Source of the DNA: an uncultured Acidobacteriaceae bacterium
Lineage (GTDB): Bacteria > Acidobacteriota > Terriglobia > Terriglobales > Acidobacteriaceae
Reading direction: 5' to 3'
Assembly: GCA_963746205.1 (NCBI GenBank)
Contig: CAVVAP010000006.1
Location: 52,066-116,065 of the forward strand
DNA length: 64,000 bases
In this document: positions 1 through 9,682 of the stretch, piece by piece
Layout of the letters: every line of letters starts with the position of its first letter
Numbering within the stretch: position 1 is the stretch's first letter
Program-made: the position numbers and the translations under genes
The notes under the pieces: generated by a model
What the model was told of the DNA's origin: nothing
Databases searched by the model: none
The model's input: the letters and a program-made list of their open reading frames with translations, nothing else

Positions 1-1061
1 GCCTCACTTTGCCCGGCATGACAATCGTCTGCGGCGATAGCCACACTTCGACGCACGGCGCGTTTGGATCCCTCGCCTTTGGCATCGGAACCTCGGAAGT
101 GGAGCACGTTCTAGCCACGCAATGCCTGCCCCAGAAGAAGCCGAAGACGATGCGGATCGAGGTGACTGGAAAGCTGGCGGAAGGGGTTACGGCGAAAGAC
201 CTGGCGCTCGGAATCATTGGACAAATCGGCACCGACGGCGCTACCGGATATGTGATCGAATACGCCGGAGAAGCGGTGCGCGGCCTGTCCATGGAAAGCC
301 GCATGACGCTGTGCAACATGAGCATTGAGGCGGGAGCGCGAGCCGGACTGATCGCGCCCGACGAAACCACGTTTGCTTATGTGCAGGACCGGCGCTTCGC
401 CCCAAAAGGCAAGAACTGGGAAGACGCGGTCGCGCGTTGGCGCACCCTGGCCACCGATTCCAGCGCGAACTTCGATCGAACGATCGAGATCGACGCGGCT
501 GCGCTCGCGCCCTTCGTCACATGGGGTACAAATCCCGGGATGGTTGTGGCGGTGAACGCGCGGGTTCCGGAGCTGAATAGCTTCGCGCAGGAAGGCGACC
601 GGCGCGCCGCCGAACAGGCGCTCGACTACATGGGCCTGGATGCGGGAATGCCGATCGAGGCGATTGCCATCGACCGCGTGTTCATCGGGTCCTGCACCAA
701 CTCGCGCCTCGAGGATTTGCGCGCGGCCGCGCGCGTGGCCAAAGGACGGCACGTCAGTCCCCAGGTACGCGCCATGGTTGTGCCGGGTTCACAGGCCATT
801 AAGCGCGCGGCGGAAAAAGAAGGACTGCACCGCATTTTCCTGGAGGCGGGTTTTGAATGGCGCGAGTCGGGATGCTCGATGTGTCTCGGCATGAATCCCG
901 ACATTCTGCAACCCGGCGAGCGCTGCGCTTCCACCAGCAACCGGAATTTCGAAGGGCGTCAAGGCCGCGGTGGACGAACTCACCTGGTGAGTCCCATGAT
1001 GGCGGCCGCAGCGGCGATCGCGGGGCACTTCACGGACATCAGGAACTGGCAATTTCAGTAA
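1..1061 (+). CDS. leuC: 3-isopropylmalate dehydratase large subunit, C-terminal part (5' end outside window)
   Basis: The ORF is open from the window edge (frame of nt 3). It has aconitase-family motifs [29 protein letters not shown] and [12 protein letters not shown]. leuD follows 65 nt downstream. Confidence 0.93.
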   Translation, partial: LTLPGMTIVCGDSHTSTHGAFGSLAFGIGTSEVEHVLATQCLPQKKPKTMRIEVTGKLAEGVTAKDLALGIIGQIGTDGATGYVIEYAGEAVRGLSMESRMTLCNMSIEAGARAGLIAPDETTFAYVQDRRFAPKGKNWEDAVARWRTLATDSSANFDRTIEIDAAALAPFVTWGTNPGMVVAVNARVPELNSFAQEGDRRAAEQALDYMGLDAGMPIEAIAIDRVFIGSCTNSRLEDLRAAARVAKGRHVSPQVRAMVVPGSQAIKRAAEKEGLHRIFLEAGFEWRESGCSMCLGMNPDILQPGERCASTSNRNFEGRQGRGGRTHLVSPMMAAAAAIAGHFTDIRNWQFQ

Positions 1062-1126
1062 TATCGCTTTCGCAACAATCGTTGGGCTGGCGTGACCGGC
1101 GCCGACACAGGACGGAACGCAATATC

Positions 1127-1750
1127 ATGCAACCCTTTCGCAAACACACCGGCCGCGTGGTCCCGCTCGATAAAGTGAACGTGGACACCGATCAGATTAT
1201 TCCCAAGCAATTCCTAAAGCGCATTGAGCGCACTGGATTTGGCCAGTTTCTTTTCCACGACTGGCGCTCGTCCGCGGACGGTAAACAAAATGCAGACTTT
1301 GTGCTGGATGAGCCGCGCTATGCCAAAGCGTCCATCCTGGTGGCGGGGAAAAACTTTGGCTGCGGTTCCTCGCGCGAACATGCAGTTTGGGCGCTGGCTG
1401 ATTTCGGATTTCGCGTGGTGATCGCGGAATCCTTCGCGGACATTTTTGCCAACAACACCCTCAAGAACGGATTGCTCGCGGTGCGGTTAAGCGACGCCGA
1501 AGTCGTCGAACTGATGCGGCGCGCGAAAGAGATCGACAATTACCAATTGACCGTCGATCTCGAAGCCTTGCGGGTGGAAGATGGCAGCGGATTCGGCGCA
1601 ACCTTTGCGATCGATGAATTCTCCCGGCACTGTCTGCTCCACGGACTCGACGATATCGGACTGACGCTGCAACACGAAGCCGAGATCACGGCCTATGAGG
1701 GCAAGCACGCAGTGCGACCAGAGATGAGGTCGATTTTGGCGGTGGAGTAA
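1127..1750 (+). CDS. leuD: 3-isopropylmalate dehydratase small subunit
   Basis: ATG at 1127 inside track ORF 857..1750. The N-terminus [31 protein letters not shown] and the [13 protein letters not shown] motif are typical LeuD. Confidence 0.93.
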   Translation: MQPFRKHTGRVVPLDKVNVDTDQIIPKQFLKRIERTGFGQFLFHDWRSSADGKQNADFVLDEPRYAKASILVAGKNFGCGSSREHAVWALADFGFRVVIAESFADIFANNTLKNGLLAVRLSDAEVVELMRRAKEIDNYQLTVDLEALRVEDGSGFGATFAIDEFSRHCLLHGLDDIGLTLQHEAEITAYEGKHAVRPEMRSILAVE

Positions 1751-1783
1751 TTGATCACGCTTTGACCGATACCCCTCCCGAAA

Positions 1784-1885
1784 CCGGTCTATTAGAATCA
1801 AAGACTTAGGCTATGTTCACTTCCAGGTCTTTGACTTTACAGGGGTTAGAGCTAAAGTCTTTAAGAACTAATGACTTAGGCTCAA
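1784..1885. repeat. Copy 1 of a 102-bp duplicated noncoding module
   Basis: It aligns base for base with 1986..2087 with a single mismatch (c1789 vs a1991). It is AT-richer than the flanks and is built from reiterated AAAGAC/GTCTTT words. Confidence 0.85.
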
Positions 1886-1985
1886 ACCTCCTAAATGACG
1901 GACTTGTAACCCGGAGTTCATCTCCTGCGCGGCAAGGCGATTGGTGGCCCCGGGAGCACGCTTTAGGCAAGCCCCCACCCCCGAA

Positions 1986-2087
1986 CCGGTATATTAGAAT
2001 CAAAGACTTAGGCTATGTTCACTTCCAGGTCTTTGACTTTACAGGGGTTAGAGCTAAAGTCTTTAAGAACTAATGACTTAGGCTCAA
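1986..2087. repeat. Copy 2 of the 102-bp duplicated module (offset 202 bp)
   Basis: See copy 1. The roughly 30 nt to the left of each copy are only loosely similar (cacgcttt...ccc..gaaccggt), and the sequence to the right has diverged. Confidence 0.85.
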
Positions 2088-2239
2088 CAACCGTAAAGTT
2101 CGTCGTTAACCACTCCCTACCTGCGAGGCCGTTCACGGGCCCGAGATCTGAATTAGTCCAGAATTTCTGTTTTGATTGAACCTCTATTTTATCCTACCCA
2201 GTCAAGTCATGAAAATGCATGTCGCACACGAGTAGTGCC

Positions 2240-2473
2240 TCAGTGTGAACTTTCCAGCCAAAGGAGCACAAATCCTCCGACCAGGAAAACGCAGCCTCCA
2301 GAAAAGGTGATCCAGCTCCCGATGACAACCTTGCGCTGCCTCTCCCCTTGTGATAAATGGGCGCGAGAGGCCGGAGGCTTATCTCGGACTTTAAAGCGAC
2401 GCAGCTTGACCGTCAGCCAAAACCAACTGACTGCTCCCACAAAGCAAACAATCACTGGGAGCTTAACAACCAT
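2240..2473 (-). CDS. Hypothetical small two-TM membrane protein (77 aa)
   Basis: An internal ATG at 2473 of track ORF 2240..2578 is preceded by AAGGTGAGG about 9 nt upstream. There are two hydrophobic helices (LPVIVCFVGAVSWFWLTV and WITFSGGCVFLVGGFVLLWL). I recognise no family. Confidence 0.3.
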   Translation of the reverse strand: MVVKLPVIVCFVGAVSWFWLTVKLRRFKVRDKPPASRAHLSQGERQRKVVIGSWITFSGGCVFLVGGFVLLWLESSH

Positions 2474-2786
2474 CTGGGGGGACCTCACCTTGGCGAGCTG
2501 CACGGGATCGCGCGGACGCTTGGTCACGAAACGAGTAGGCCATAGGCTGCGCCGTCGTTCTGCCCTATGAAATTTCAAACTGAGCCACTACCCGCGCACG
2601 TTCTCTCGCACTATGTCGCGCCAAGGTTGTACACTTTTGAGTTTTGTCGGCAGAATGTCAGTCCACATCTTTCCTGCGAGACAGGCGTATGCATAGGCAT
2701 TTCCAATCCGGCATCGAAGTGCAGGTCGATGTCGATCTTGTTGACGATGTCCGTCGAATACCAATTTCTATCCCCATGGAGCGTTC

Positions 2787-5103
2787 GTGAGAAATTTTCT
2801 TGTACTTTTGGTTCTTTATTGCGTCGTTATTTCCTCATCCTCATCGTCATTCCTAGCCGAGGCTCAGGCCGCGAACTTGAAGCAATTGACCATCGAGCAG
2901 ATCTTCGCCGAGGGCGGAGTGACGGGGCGCGCTCCGGAGACGATCAAGTGGAGTCCGGACGGCACCAAGGTGTCTTTTGTGCAGCGCGATGACGCCGGCG
3001 AGAATGGCGAACTCTGGTACGTGGACACGACCACGGGCGAGAAGAGAGTTCTGGTCAGCCAGGGCAAGTTATCCCAACTCGCGCCCCCGGCCGGCAGAAT
3101 TAATGACGAGCGCGAGAGGGAACGGGTAACGAGATATCACGTGGCGGCCTACACCTGGTCGCCCGATTCCCGGCATCTGCTCTTCGACTCGCAGGGACAA
3201 CTCTGGTATTACAGCCTCGACTCCGGGACGGCGGTGCAGTTGACCTCGGCTCCCGAAGCGAGCGAAGATCCGAAGTTTTCTCCCGACGGCAAGCGCCTGG
3301 CTTTCGTCCGCCAGCACAATCTCTATGTGCATCCCGTGACCGGCGAAGCAAGTGAGCAGGCCATTACGCGAAATGAAAAAGAAAAAGAGAAGGGCAAGGA
3401 CAAGAAGCGGAACAAGAACTGCGACCAGGATGACGCCAGAGAGAATGACGACAACCTCCTGAACGGCGAAGTGGACTGGGTTTACGCCGAGGAATTAAGC
3501 GTGCGCAGTAACTACTTCTGGTCGCCGGAAGGCCGCGACATCATTTTCCTGCAGATGGATGAGACGCGGGTGCCGACTTATCCCATCACCGACTGGCTGC
3601 CGACCCATCCCCGGGTGGAGCAGGAAAAATATCCCAAGGCCGGCGATCCCAACCCGGGCGTGCGTTTGGGCGTGGTGGGCGGGAACGGCGGCAAGGTGCG
3701 CTGGATTTCCCTTCCGGCGGAGGAGGAGAGTTACGTGCCGCGCTTCGGCTGGATTCGTGAAGGCTGGGCCTGGGCGGAAGTGTTGAACCGCAAGCAGGAC
3801 GTGATGGAGCTTTATTTTATTGACACCAAGTCGGGCAAATCGCGCAAGGTGCTCAGCGAAACTTCGCCGGATGCCTGGGTGGAGGTCAACGACGATTTTC
3901 GCATTCTGGAATCCGGCGGGCGATTTTTGTGGACCAGTTGGCGCGACGGCCACACTCACATCTATCTCTATAGCTTCAACGCGCTGGATCCCACTGCGGC
4001 CGACGCGAGCCTGGAACGCCAGATTGAACGCGGAGACTACGAGGTGATCGAGATTGCGGGTGTGGACGAGAGTTCGAACACCGGTATTTTTTCTCGCCAA
4101 CAAAGACGATCCGCGGCGGGAAAGAATTTTCTCCGTCAAGCTGGATGGCTCCGGAATGCAGAGTCTTTCGCCCGATGAAGGCAGCGATAGCGCCGTTTTC
4201 GCCGCCGACGGCAAACACTATGTGGAAATCCATTCCGCAACCCTAACCGCGGCCCAGGTTTCGGTATGCGGAGCGGGAAAGGCGTGCCAGAAAATCTGGG
4301 AAAGCCGCACCCTCGCGGACTACAACCCGATTGCGCCGAAATTCCTGGAATTCAAAGCGGACGATGGAACCGTGCTCTATGGCGAGTTAATACTGCCGCG
4401 GAACGCGGATGCGAGCCAGAAGATTCCCCTGATCGTGCATATCTACGGAGGTCCCGCCGGTCAAATTGTCCGGGACGCCTGGGATGGGAGCAATGGCCTG
4501 TTTCATCAGCTTCTGGCGAGCGAAGGCTTCGCGATTTTCTCGGTGGATAACCGCGGCACGCCGAATCGCGGCAGGAAGTTCTCCGCCGCTACACGGCTGC
4601 AATCGGGAGGCATCGAACTGAAAGATCAGCTCGCGGCTCTCGACCAGTTATATCCCCAGTTCCCGCAACTGGATCGCGCGCGCACGGCAATCTGGGGATG
4701 GTCAAACGGGGGATCGATGACGCTCTACGCGCTCACTCATTCTGACCGCTTCAAGGCGGGTATAGCGGTGGCTCCGGTCACGAATTGGCGCGATTATGAC
4801 TCCATCTACACCGAGCGTTACATGGGATTGGTGAAGGATAACGCCGCCGGCTATGACGATTCCATCGTCAGCGCGGCGAGCCGTCTGCAGGGATCGCTGC
4901 TGCTCGTCCACGGGACGAGCGACGACAACGTGCATTTCCAAAATACGATCCAGATGACCGACGCATTGATTAAAGCGGGCAAGCAATTCCGACTGATGGT
5001 CTATCCCGACAAGACGCATGGCATCTCCGGTCCGGCGACGCGCATGCAGTTGTTTCATATGATGGAGGATTTCTGGAAGCAGCAATTGGGAGGCGGAAGT
5101 TAG
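2787..5103 (+). pseudogene. S9 family peptidase (DPP-IV-like: beta-propeller plus prolyl-oligopeptidase domain), interrupted by one frameshift
   Basis: Track ORFs 2787..4178 and 4054..5103 join into one protein. It has a GTG start with a signal peptide, a propeller region and a catalytic domain with WGWSNGG. The homology path changes frame at about 4080-4092 (..GVDESSNT | VFFLANKDDPRRERIF..), which implies one extra nt next to a T6 run. Confidence 0.85.
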
Positions 5104-5155
5104 CTGCTGGCAAGTAATATCTCGAGTAAGATGTCAGGTAAGCCGGAGTGAGTTA

Positions 5156-5184
5156 GCGGGCAAGAGTTATAAACTCCTGCCCGC
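5156..5184. terminator. Hairpin between convergent genes (possible bidirectional terminator)
   Basis: GCGGGCAAGAG-TTATAAA-CTCCTGCCCGC pairs at 10 of 11 positions. It sits between the S9 peptidase stop (5103) and the S8 peptidase stop (5201). The U-tracts are weak. Confidence 0.4.
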
Positions 5185-5200
5185 CAACTCTTTATCCGGG

Positions 5201-6910
5201 TTAGTTATCGCCCTTGATGACGATGCTCATGGCGCTGGTCTGGGTGTTGCTTCCCCACAGTGCCGAACTGCCCCATAGCGCCGAACTACCCCATAGCGCG
5301 CTGAAGCCCTGGGTGGTGCTGCTTCCCCAGAGTGCGGAACTGCCCCACAGGGCCGAACTACCCCATAGCGCGGACTGGGTGCTCGTAAACTCATTGGAGC
5401 CCCACACCGCCGAAGTTCCCCACAGCGCTGAACTGCCCCACAGCGCCGACGAGTTTTTCACGAAGTGCACCGACCCTGTGGTGGGATCGTAAGCAACCGC
5501 CGGCGAGGTGGCGGGAAGAGTGGAGTAATTGGTATCCGCCAGAGCCGCCTGAATATCCAGATACCCGGCTCCCACCGTGAACACATCGTACTGAATCACG
5601 AAAGTCTGCCCGCTGCTGACGATCGTGGAAGTGGTCGGGAAAACTTTGTAGGCGCTTTGCATTAAGCGCGCCTTGATCTGGTCCGGAGTGAGCAGGGGAT
5701 TCTGCTGCAGCAGAAGAGCCGCCGCGGCACTGACCACGGGAGTGGACATGCTGGTTCCACTGAGCGTGAAGTAACTCGTGGACACCGCTCCGGGAGCGGC
5801 ATTGGGCTGGTAATAGGTCTGCAACGGCCGGTTGCCGGGATAATTCTTGACCAGCGTGGCGGTCGAGGACGCCTGCAACGAGATTACTTGATTACCCGGG
5901 GCGACCAGATCCGGTTTGACGATATGGTCAATCGGGGTCGGGCCTTTGGAACTGTAAGTGGTCATGACGTCATCGTTCCGGTTGGGCGTTCCCATGGTGT
6001 TCATGGCGCCCACGGTGATGACATAGGGATCGTTTCCCGGCGCGGTAATGGTGCCGTAGCCATTCGTCCCCGCGCTGTTATCGCGGCCGTCGTTACCGGC
6101 TGCGACCACCACCACGATGCCTGCTTTCCATGCCTGCTCGACCGCCTGGCAAAGTGGATCCTGAGTGTAGCTTTCGAAGACCGGGCGGCCTAAGGAGAGA
6201 TTCAAAACCTTGATGTTGTAGAGCAACTTGAAGGAGATCGCGTAGTTAATGGCCTGAATCACGGATGCGTCAGTTCCGCTGCCGTTTACATCGAGGGCGT
6301 GGAGATTAATCAAAGTTACGCCGGGCGCCAGTCCGCGAAGCTCGATATCGCAACCGGTACAGGCGGACGATGCGCCATCGCCGGCGAGGATGCCTGCCAC
6401 GTGCGTGCCGTGGCCGTAAAGATCGGTCGTGCCTCCGCCGATCGTGTCATAGCTCGCTACCACCGTCGCGCCCAGGCCGAGGAAGCCGGTTTTGATGTCG
6501 GAGACGGTGTTAATACCGCTGTCGACAACGGCGACGCCGACGCCAGCGCCAGTCAGACCCAGATTCCAAGCAGTCTGGACGTTGACCGCTCCCGCCGTGT
6601 TGTAGAGGTTGGAGGTTAACTTACGGTTCGGGGTGATGTATTCGACATCGCTGTCCGCCGCCAAATCCGCCAGCCGCGACGCGGGGACGGAAACATGCAA
6701 AGAGCGGATAAAGGAAAGGTCGGTCTTGACCTTTCCGCTGCGGGACACGATGCCCTGCCGGTGCGCGTCCGTGGGTTGTACCTTGTAACGGACAATGACT
6801 TCAACCTGCGCCTGGTCATGCCGTCCGACTAGCTCCGGTGAGAGCTTGGAAGTTTGCGCGAATCCTGAGACCGCGACTAATAAGGTGAATAGCAAGATGA
6901 ATTTTTTCAT
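5201..6910 (-). CDS. Secreted S8 (subtilisin-like) serine peptidase with C-terminal SALWGS hexapeptide repeats
   Basis: ATG at 6910 follows a GGAG. The signal peptide is MKKFILLFTLLVAVSGFAQT. Catalytic triad motifs are VAVVDSGI, HGTHVAGI and SGTSMSTPVV. Confidence 0.9.
   Translation of the reverse strand: MKKFILLFTLLVAVSGFAQTSKLSPELVGRHDQAQVEVIVRYKVQPTDAHRQGIVSRSGKVKTDLSFIRSLHVSVPASRLADLAADSDVEYITPNRKLTSNLYNTAGAVNVQTAWNLGLTGAGVGVAVVDSGINTVSDIKTGFLGLGATVVASYDTIGGGTTDLYGHGTHVAGILAGDGASSACTGCDIELRGLAPGVTLINLHALDVNGSGTDASVIQAINYAISFKLLYNIKVLNLSLGRPVFESYTQDPLCQAVEQAWKAGIVVVVAAGNDGRDNSAGTNGYGTITAPGNDPYVITVGAMNTMGTPNRNDDVMTTYSSKGPTPIDHIVKPDLVAPGNQVISLQASSTATLVKNYPGNRPLQTYYQPNAAPGAVSTSYFTLSGTSMSTPVVSAAAALLLQQNPLLTPDQIKARLMQSAYKVFPTTSTIVSSGQTFVIQYDVFTVGAGYLDIQAALADTNYSTLPATSPAVAYDPTTGSVHFVKNSSALWGSSALWGTSAVWGSNEFTSTQSALWGSSALWGSSALWGSSTTQGFSALWGSSALWGSSALWGSNTQTSAMSIVIKGDN
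5249..5455 (-). repeat. In-frame 18-nt tandem repeats encoding nine S-A-L-W-G-S units (three blocks of three)
   Basis: The protein tail reads SSALWGSSALWGTSAVWG-SNEFTSTQ-SALWGSSALWGSSALWGS-STTQGF-SALWGSSALWGSSALWGS-NTQTSAMSIVIKGDN. The periodicity is also visible in the plus-strand shadow ORF 5214..5492. Confidence 0.85.
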
Positions 6911-7189
6911 GGTGACTCCGTTATCTCGGTCTGATAGAAGCACGTTGCCCGCCACGGCCAGCTTTTGCTAACTGATTGAAAATGCGAGTTATAGGCGCGG
7001 GACGCCAGACCGAAATAGGGACAGAGTGGCCCTCCGCCCGAGGCGTGGGCCAAGTTGTCGCAGCAGGGGCAGGGGGAAGAAGATGGGAGAATGGCGGCGA
7101 ATCCGTATGCGAGCGTTCCGACACTTTCGTAATCTGCAATCCACAAGACGGTGACACTTCCACCACCTTTTAGAGAACAATCAAGGGAT

Positions 7190-9619
7190 ATGGTTCCTGT
7201 CGACCGCACGAAAACATTCGTCTTCGTGCAATGCCCTCGCCGCGCTGGGCTGCTTCATTGCCGCCATAGCCCACCCCGCGCTTGGGGGGTCGGGGGAGTT
7301 TCTCTGCTATCTTGCGGTCGTCCTGCTGTTTCAACCCTGAAGGTGACTCTGCCCGGAATTGACGGGACTTTGTCGGTCAACTTTATCTTTATCTTTCTCG
7401 GCATCCTGGAGATGACGTTCGCCCAGACCCTGGCGTTAGGCGTGGTCGCGGTGTTTGTGCAGTCCTTTTGGCACTCCAGAAAGCGCCTGAAGCCGATTCA
7501 GGTCATCTTTAATGTGTCGCAATTGACGGTGGCCAGCAGCGCCGCCTACTTCGCCTTCCAGTGGCTCAGCCGACACCCGCTGCGCGACCAGCGGCCGCTG
7601 GCACTGGCCTGCGCCGCCATTGTTTATTTCTTGTTTAACACCTGCGCCATGTCCACCGTAATCTCGTTGAGCGACCGGAAGTCGGTCTTCCAGGTGTGGA
7701 CGGACAGTTATCTCTGGTCGTTTCCCTATTATCTGATCGGGGCGGCCATCGCGGGTCTGGTGAGCTACCTCAACCGGCACATCGGATGGCAGACGGCCTT
7801 GCTCACGCTTCCCGTCGTCTACGTGGTCTATCGGTCCTACCGCCTCTATATCGGCAAACTGGAAGACGGCAAAGTTCACGCTGAGGAAATGTCTCATCTG
7901 CACTTGCGAACGATCGAGGCGCTCGCCCTGGCGATTGAAGCCAAAGACCAAACCACCCATGAGCACCTCCAGAGGGTTCGCGTATATGCAATGGAGCTGG
8001 CGAAGGAACTCCATCTAAGCGACGAGGAGCGCGAAGCGCTGCGGGCGGCATCGCTGTTGCACGATATTGGCAAGCTGGCGGTGCCGGAACACATTATCTC
8101 CAAGCCGGGGAAACTTACCCCCGAGGAATTCGACCGCATGAAAGTGCATCCCATCATCGGCGCGGAGATCCTCGAGCAAGTGCGTTTTCCCTACCCGGTG
8201 GTGCCGATCGTGCACTCGCATCACGAAAAATGGGATGGCAGCGGGTACCCGCGCGGCCTGAAAGGGGAGGAAATACCGATCGGCGCACGCATCCTCGCGG
8301 CGGTGGACTGCCTCGACGCGCTCGCTTCTCATCGCCAGTATCGGCCTGCGCTTCCCCTCGACCAGGCCATGGCGCAAGTGGCCTCGGAGTCGGGGACAAG
8401 CTTCGACCCGCAAATCGTCAAAATTCTGCAAAAGCGATACGTGGAACTGGAGCACATGGCGCACGCCAAAGGAACGCAAGAAAAGCGTCCGGCAAGATTG
8501 TCCGTCGACATCAAGGTCGAACGCGGATTGGCGCCGGCGGCGGGATTCGAGCAGCATGAAGAAGAGGTTGCCTCCGGCCCCGACGGCTCTCGTGCCCATC
8601 GCGACTACCTCAGCAGCATTGCCGCGGCCCGGCAGGAAGCCCAAATCCTTTTCGAACTGAGCCACGACCTGGGATTGTCATTGCGCCTGGACGACACACT
8701 ATCCATGTTTTCGGTTCGCCTGAAGCGTCTGGTGAGCTATGACGCATTGGCGGTCTATGTAAAACATGGCAAAGTGCTGACCGCGGAATACGTCAGCGGC
8801 GACAATTTCAGGCTGTTCTCCTCCCTGAAAATTCCTCTGGGGGAGGGGCTTTCCGGCTGGGTCGCGCACAACAACAAGCCCATCGTCAACGGCAATCCTT
8901 CGGTCGAACCGGGATACCTGAACGATCCCTCAAAATTCAGCAGCCTGCGCTCGGCGCTGGCCGTGCCCTTGCAGAGCGACTCCGAAGTGGTCGCGGTGCT
9001 CGCTTTATATCGCACCCGGCAGGACGCCTTTGCCCAGGACGATCTGCGCATTGTGCTCAGCGCGAGTTCGAAACTCGGCATCACCGTGGAAAATGCGTTG
9101 AAGTTCCGGGAAGCCGAGGATTCGGCCACCACCGATTTTTTAACCGGACTCCCCAATATCCGCTCTCTCTACCGCCATCTCGAAGCCGAGTTATCGCGCT
9201 GCCGGCGTTCGCAGGATCCGCTGACGGTGATCGTCCTCGATCTTGACGGATTTAAACAGGTAAATGACCGCTTTGGGCATATCGAGGGCAACAATCTGCT
9301 GCGCATGTTTGCCTCGGGATTGAAAGATACCTGCCGTGAGTATGACTATGCCGCCAGAATCGGTGGCGATGAGTTCGTCATCGTCGCGCCCGGACTGCCT
9401 CGCGGGGCGGTGGAGGAAATCAGCGAACGGCTGCAGAGGATGGCAACCGATGTCGGCACCGCCGTCTGCGGCCAGACCGTTTTGTCGGTCAGCCTGGGAA
9501 CCTCTTCCTATCCGAGCGACGGCGAAGACGCGGAAACCTTGCTGTCAGCGGCGGATCAATCCATGTACCAGATGAAGCGATCACGCCGCGAAAACGTGGA
9601 AGAGGAAGTTATCTCCTGA
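7190..9619 (+). CDS. Membrane-anchored HD-GYP / GAF / GGDEF c-di-GMP signalling protein
   Basis: A multi-TM N-terminus is followed by HD-GYP motifs (HDIGK, HHEKWDGSGYP), a GAF-like segment and a GGDEF domain (RIGGDEFVIV). The start is uncertain (ATG 7190 or 7151). The N-terminal 7230-7335 stretch looks out of frame; see findings. Confidence 0.88.
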   Translation: MVPVDRTKTFVFVQCPRRAGLLHCRHSPPRAWGVGGVSLLSCGRPAVSTLKVTLPGIDGTLSVNFIFIFLGILEMTFAQTLALGVVAVFVQSFWHSRKRLKPIQVIFNVSQLTVASSAAYFAFQWLSRHPLRDQRPLALACAAIVYFLFNTCAMSTVISLSDRKSVFQVWTDSYLWSFPYYLIGAAIAGLVSYLNRHIGWQTALLTLPVVYVVYRSYRLYIGKLEDGKVHAEEMSHLHLRTIEALALAIEAKDQTTHEHLQRVRVYAMELAKELHLSDEEREALRAASLLHDIGKLAVPEHIISKPGKLTPEEFDRMKVHPIIGAEILEQVRFPYPVVPIVHSHHEKWDGSGYPRGLKGEEIPIGARILAAVDCLDALASHRQYRPALPLDQAMAQVASESGTSFDPQIVKILQKRYVELEHMAHAKGTQEKRPARLSVDIKVERGLAPAAGFEQHEEEVASGPDGSRAHRDYLSSIAAARQEAQILFELSHDLGLSLRLDDTLSMFSVRLKRLVSYDALAVYVKHGKVLTAEYVSGDNFRLFSSLKIPLGEGLSGWVAHNNKPIVNGNPSVEPGYLNDPSKFSSLRSALAVPLQSDSEVVAVLALYRTRQDAFAQDDLRIVLSASSKLGITVENALKFREAEDSATTDFLTGLPNIRSLYRHLEAELSRCRRSQDPLTVIVLDLDGFKQVNDRFGHIEGNNLLRMFASGLKDTCREYDYAARIGGDEFVIVAPGLPRGAVEEISERLQRMATDVGTAVCGQTVLSVSLGTSSYPSDGEDAETLLSAADQSMYQMKRSRRENVEEEVIS

Positions 9620-9682
9620 CCTTGTCTCGAAAAGCCAGGCTCGACAGAGCCGGGGTCATTGCAGCCTGGGTTCCCAATCCGG

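Noticed and set aside
1784-2087. The duplicated 102-bp module as a CRISPR array or integron-type element.
   Set aside because: There are only two copies. The repeat length (102 bp) and spacing are wrong for CRISPR, and no cas or integrase genes are nearby.
3361-3440. Lys/Glu/Asp-rich insertion (NEKEKEKGKDKKRNKN..) in the S9 peptidase, and the similar (KD)n tract at 52074-52103, as functional motifs.
   Set aside because: These are low-complexity charged linkers encoded by purine-rich simple repeats. They are common in surface loops, and nothing further can be supported from sequence alone.
7151-7189. ATG 7151 as the start of the HD-GYP protein.
   Set aside because: ATG 7190 has a slightly better purine-rich upstream context, and the extra 13 residues (MTLPPPFREQSRD) add nothing recognisable. 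Either start remains possible, so the start is flagged as uncertain rather than resolved.
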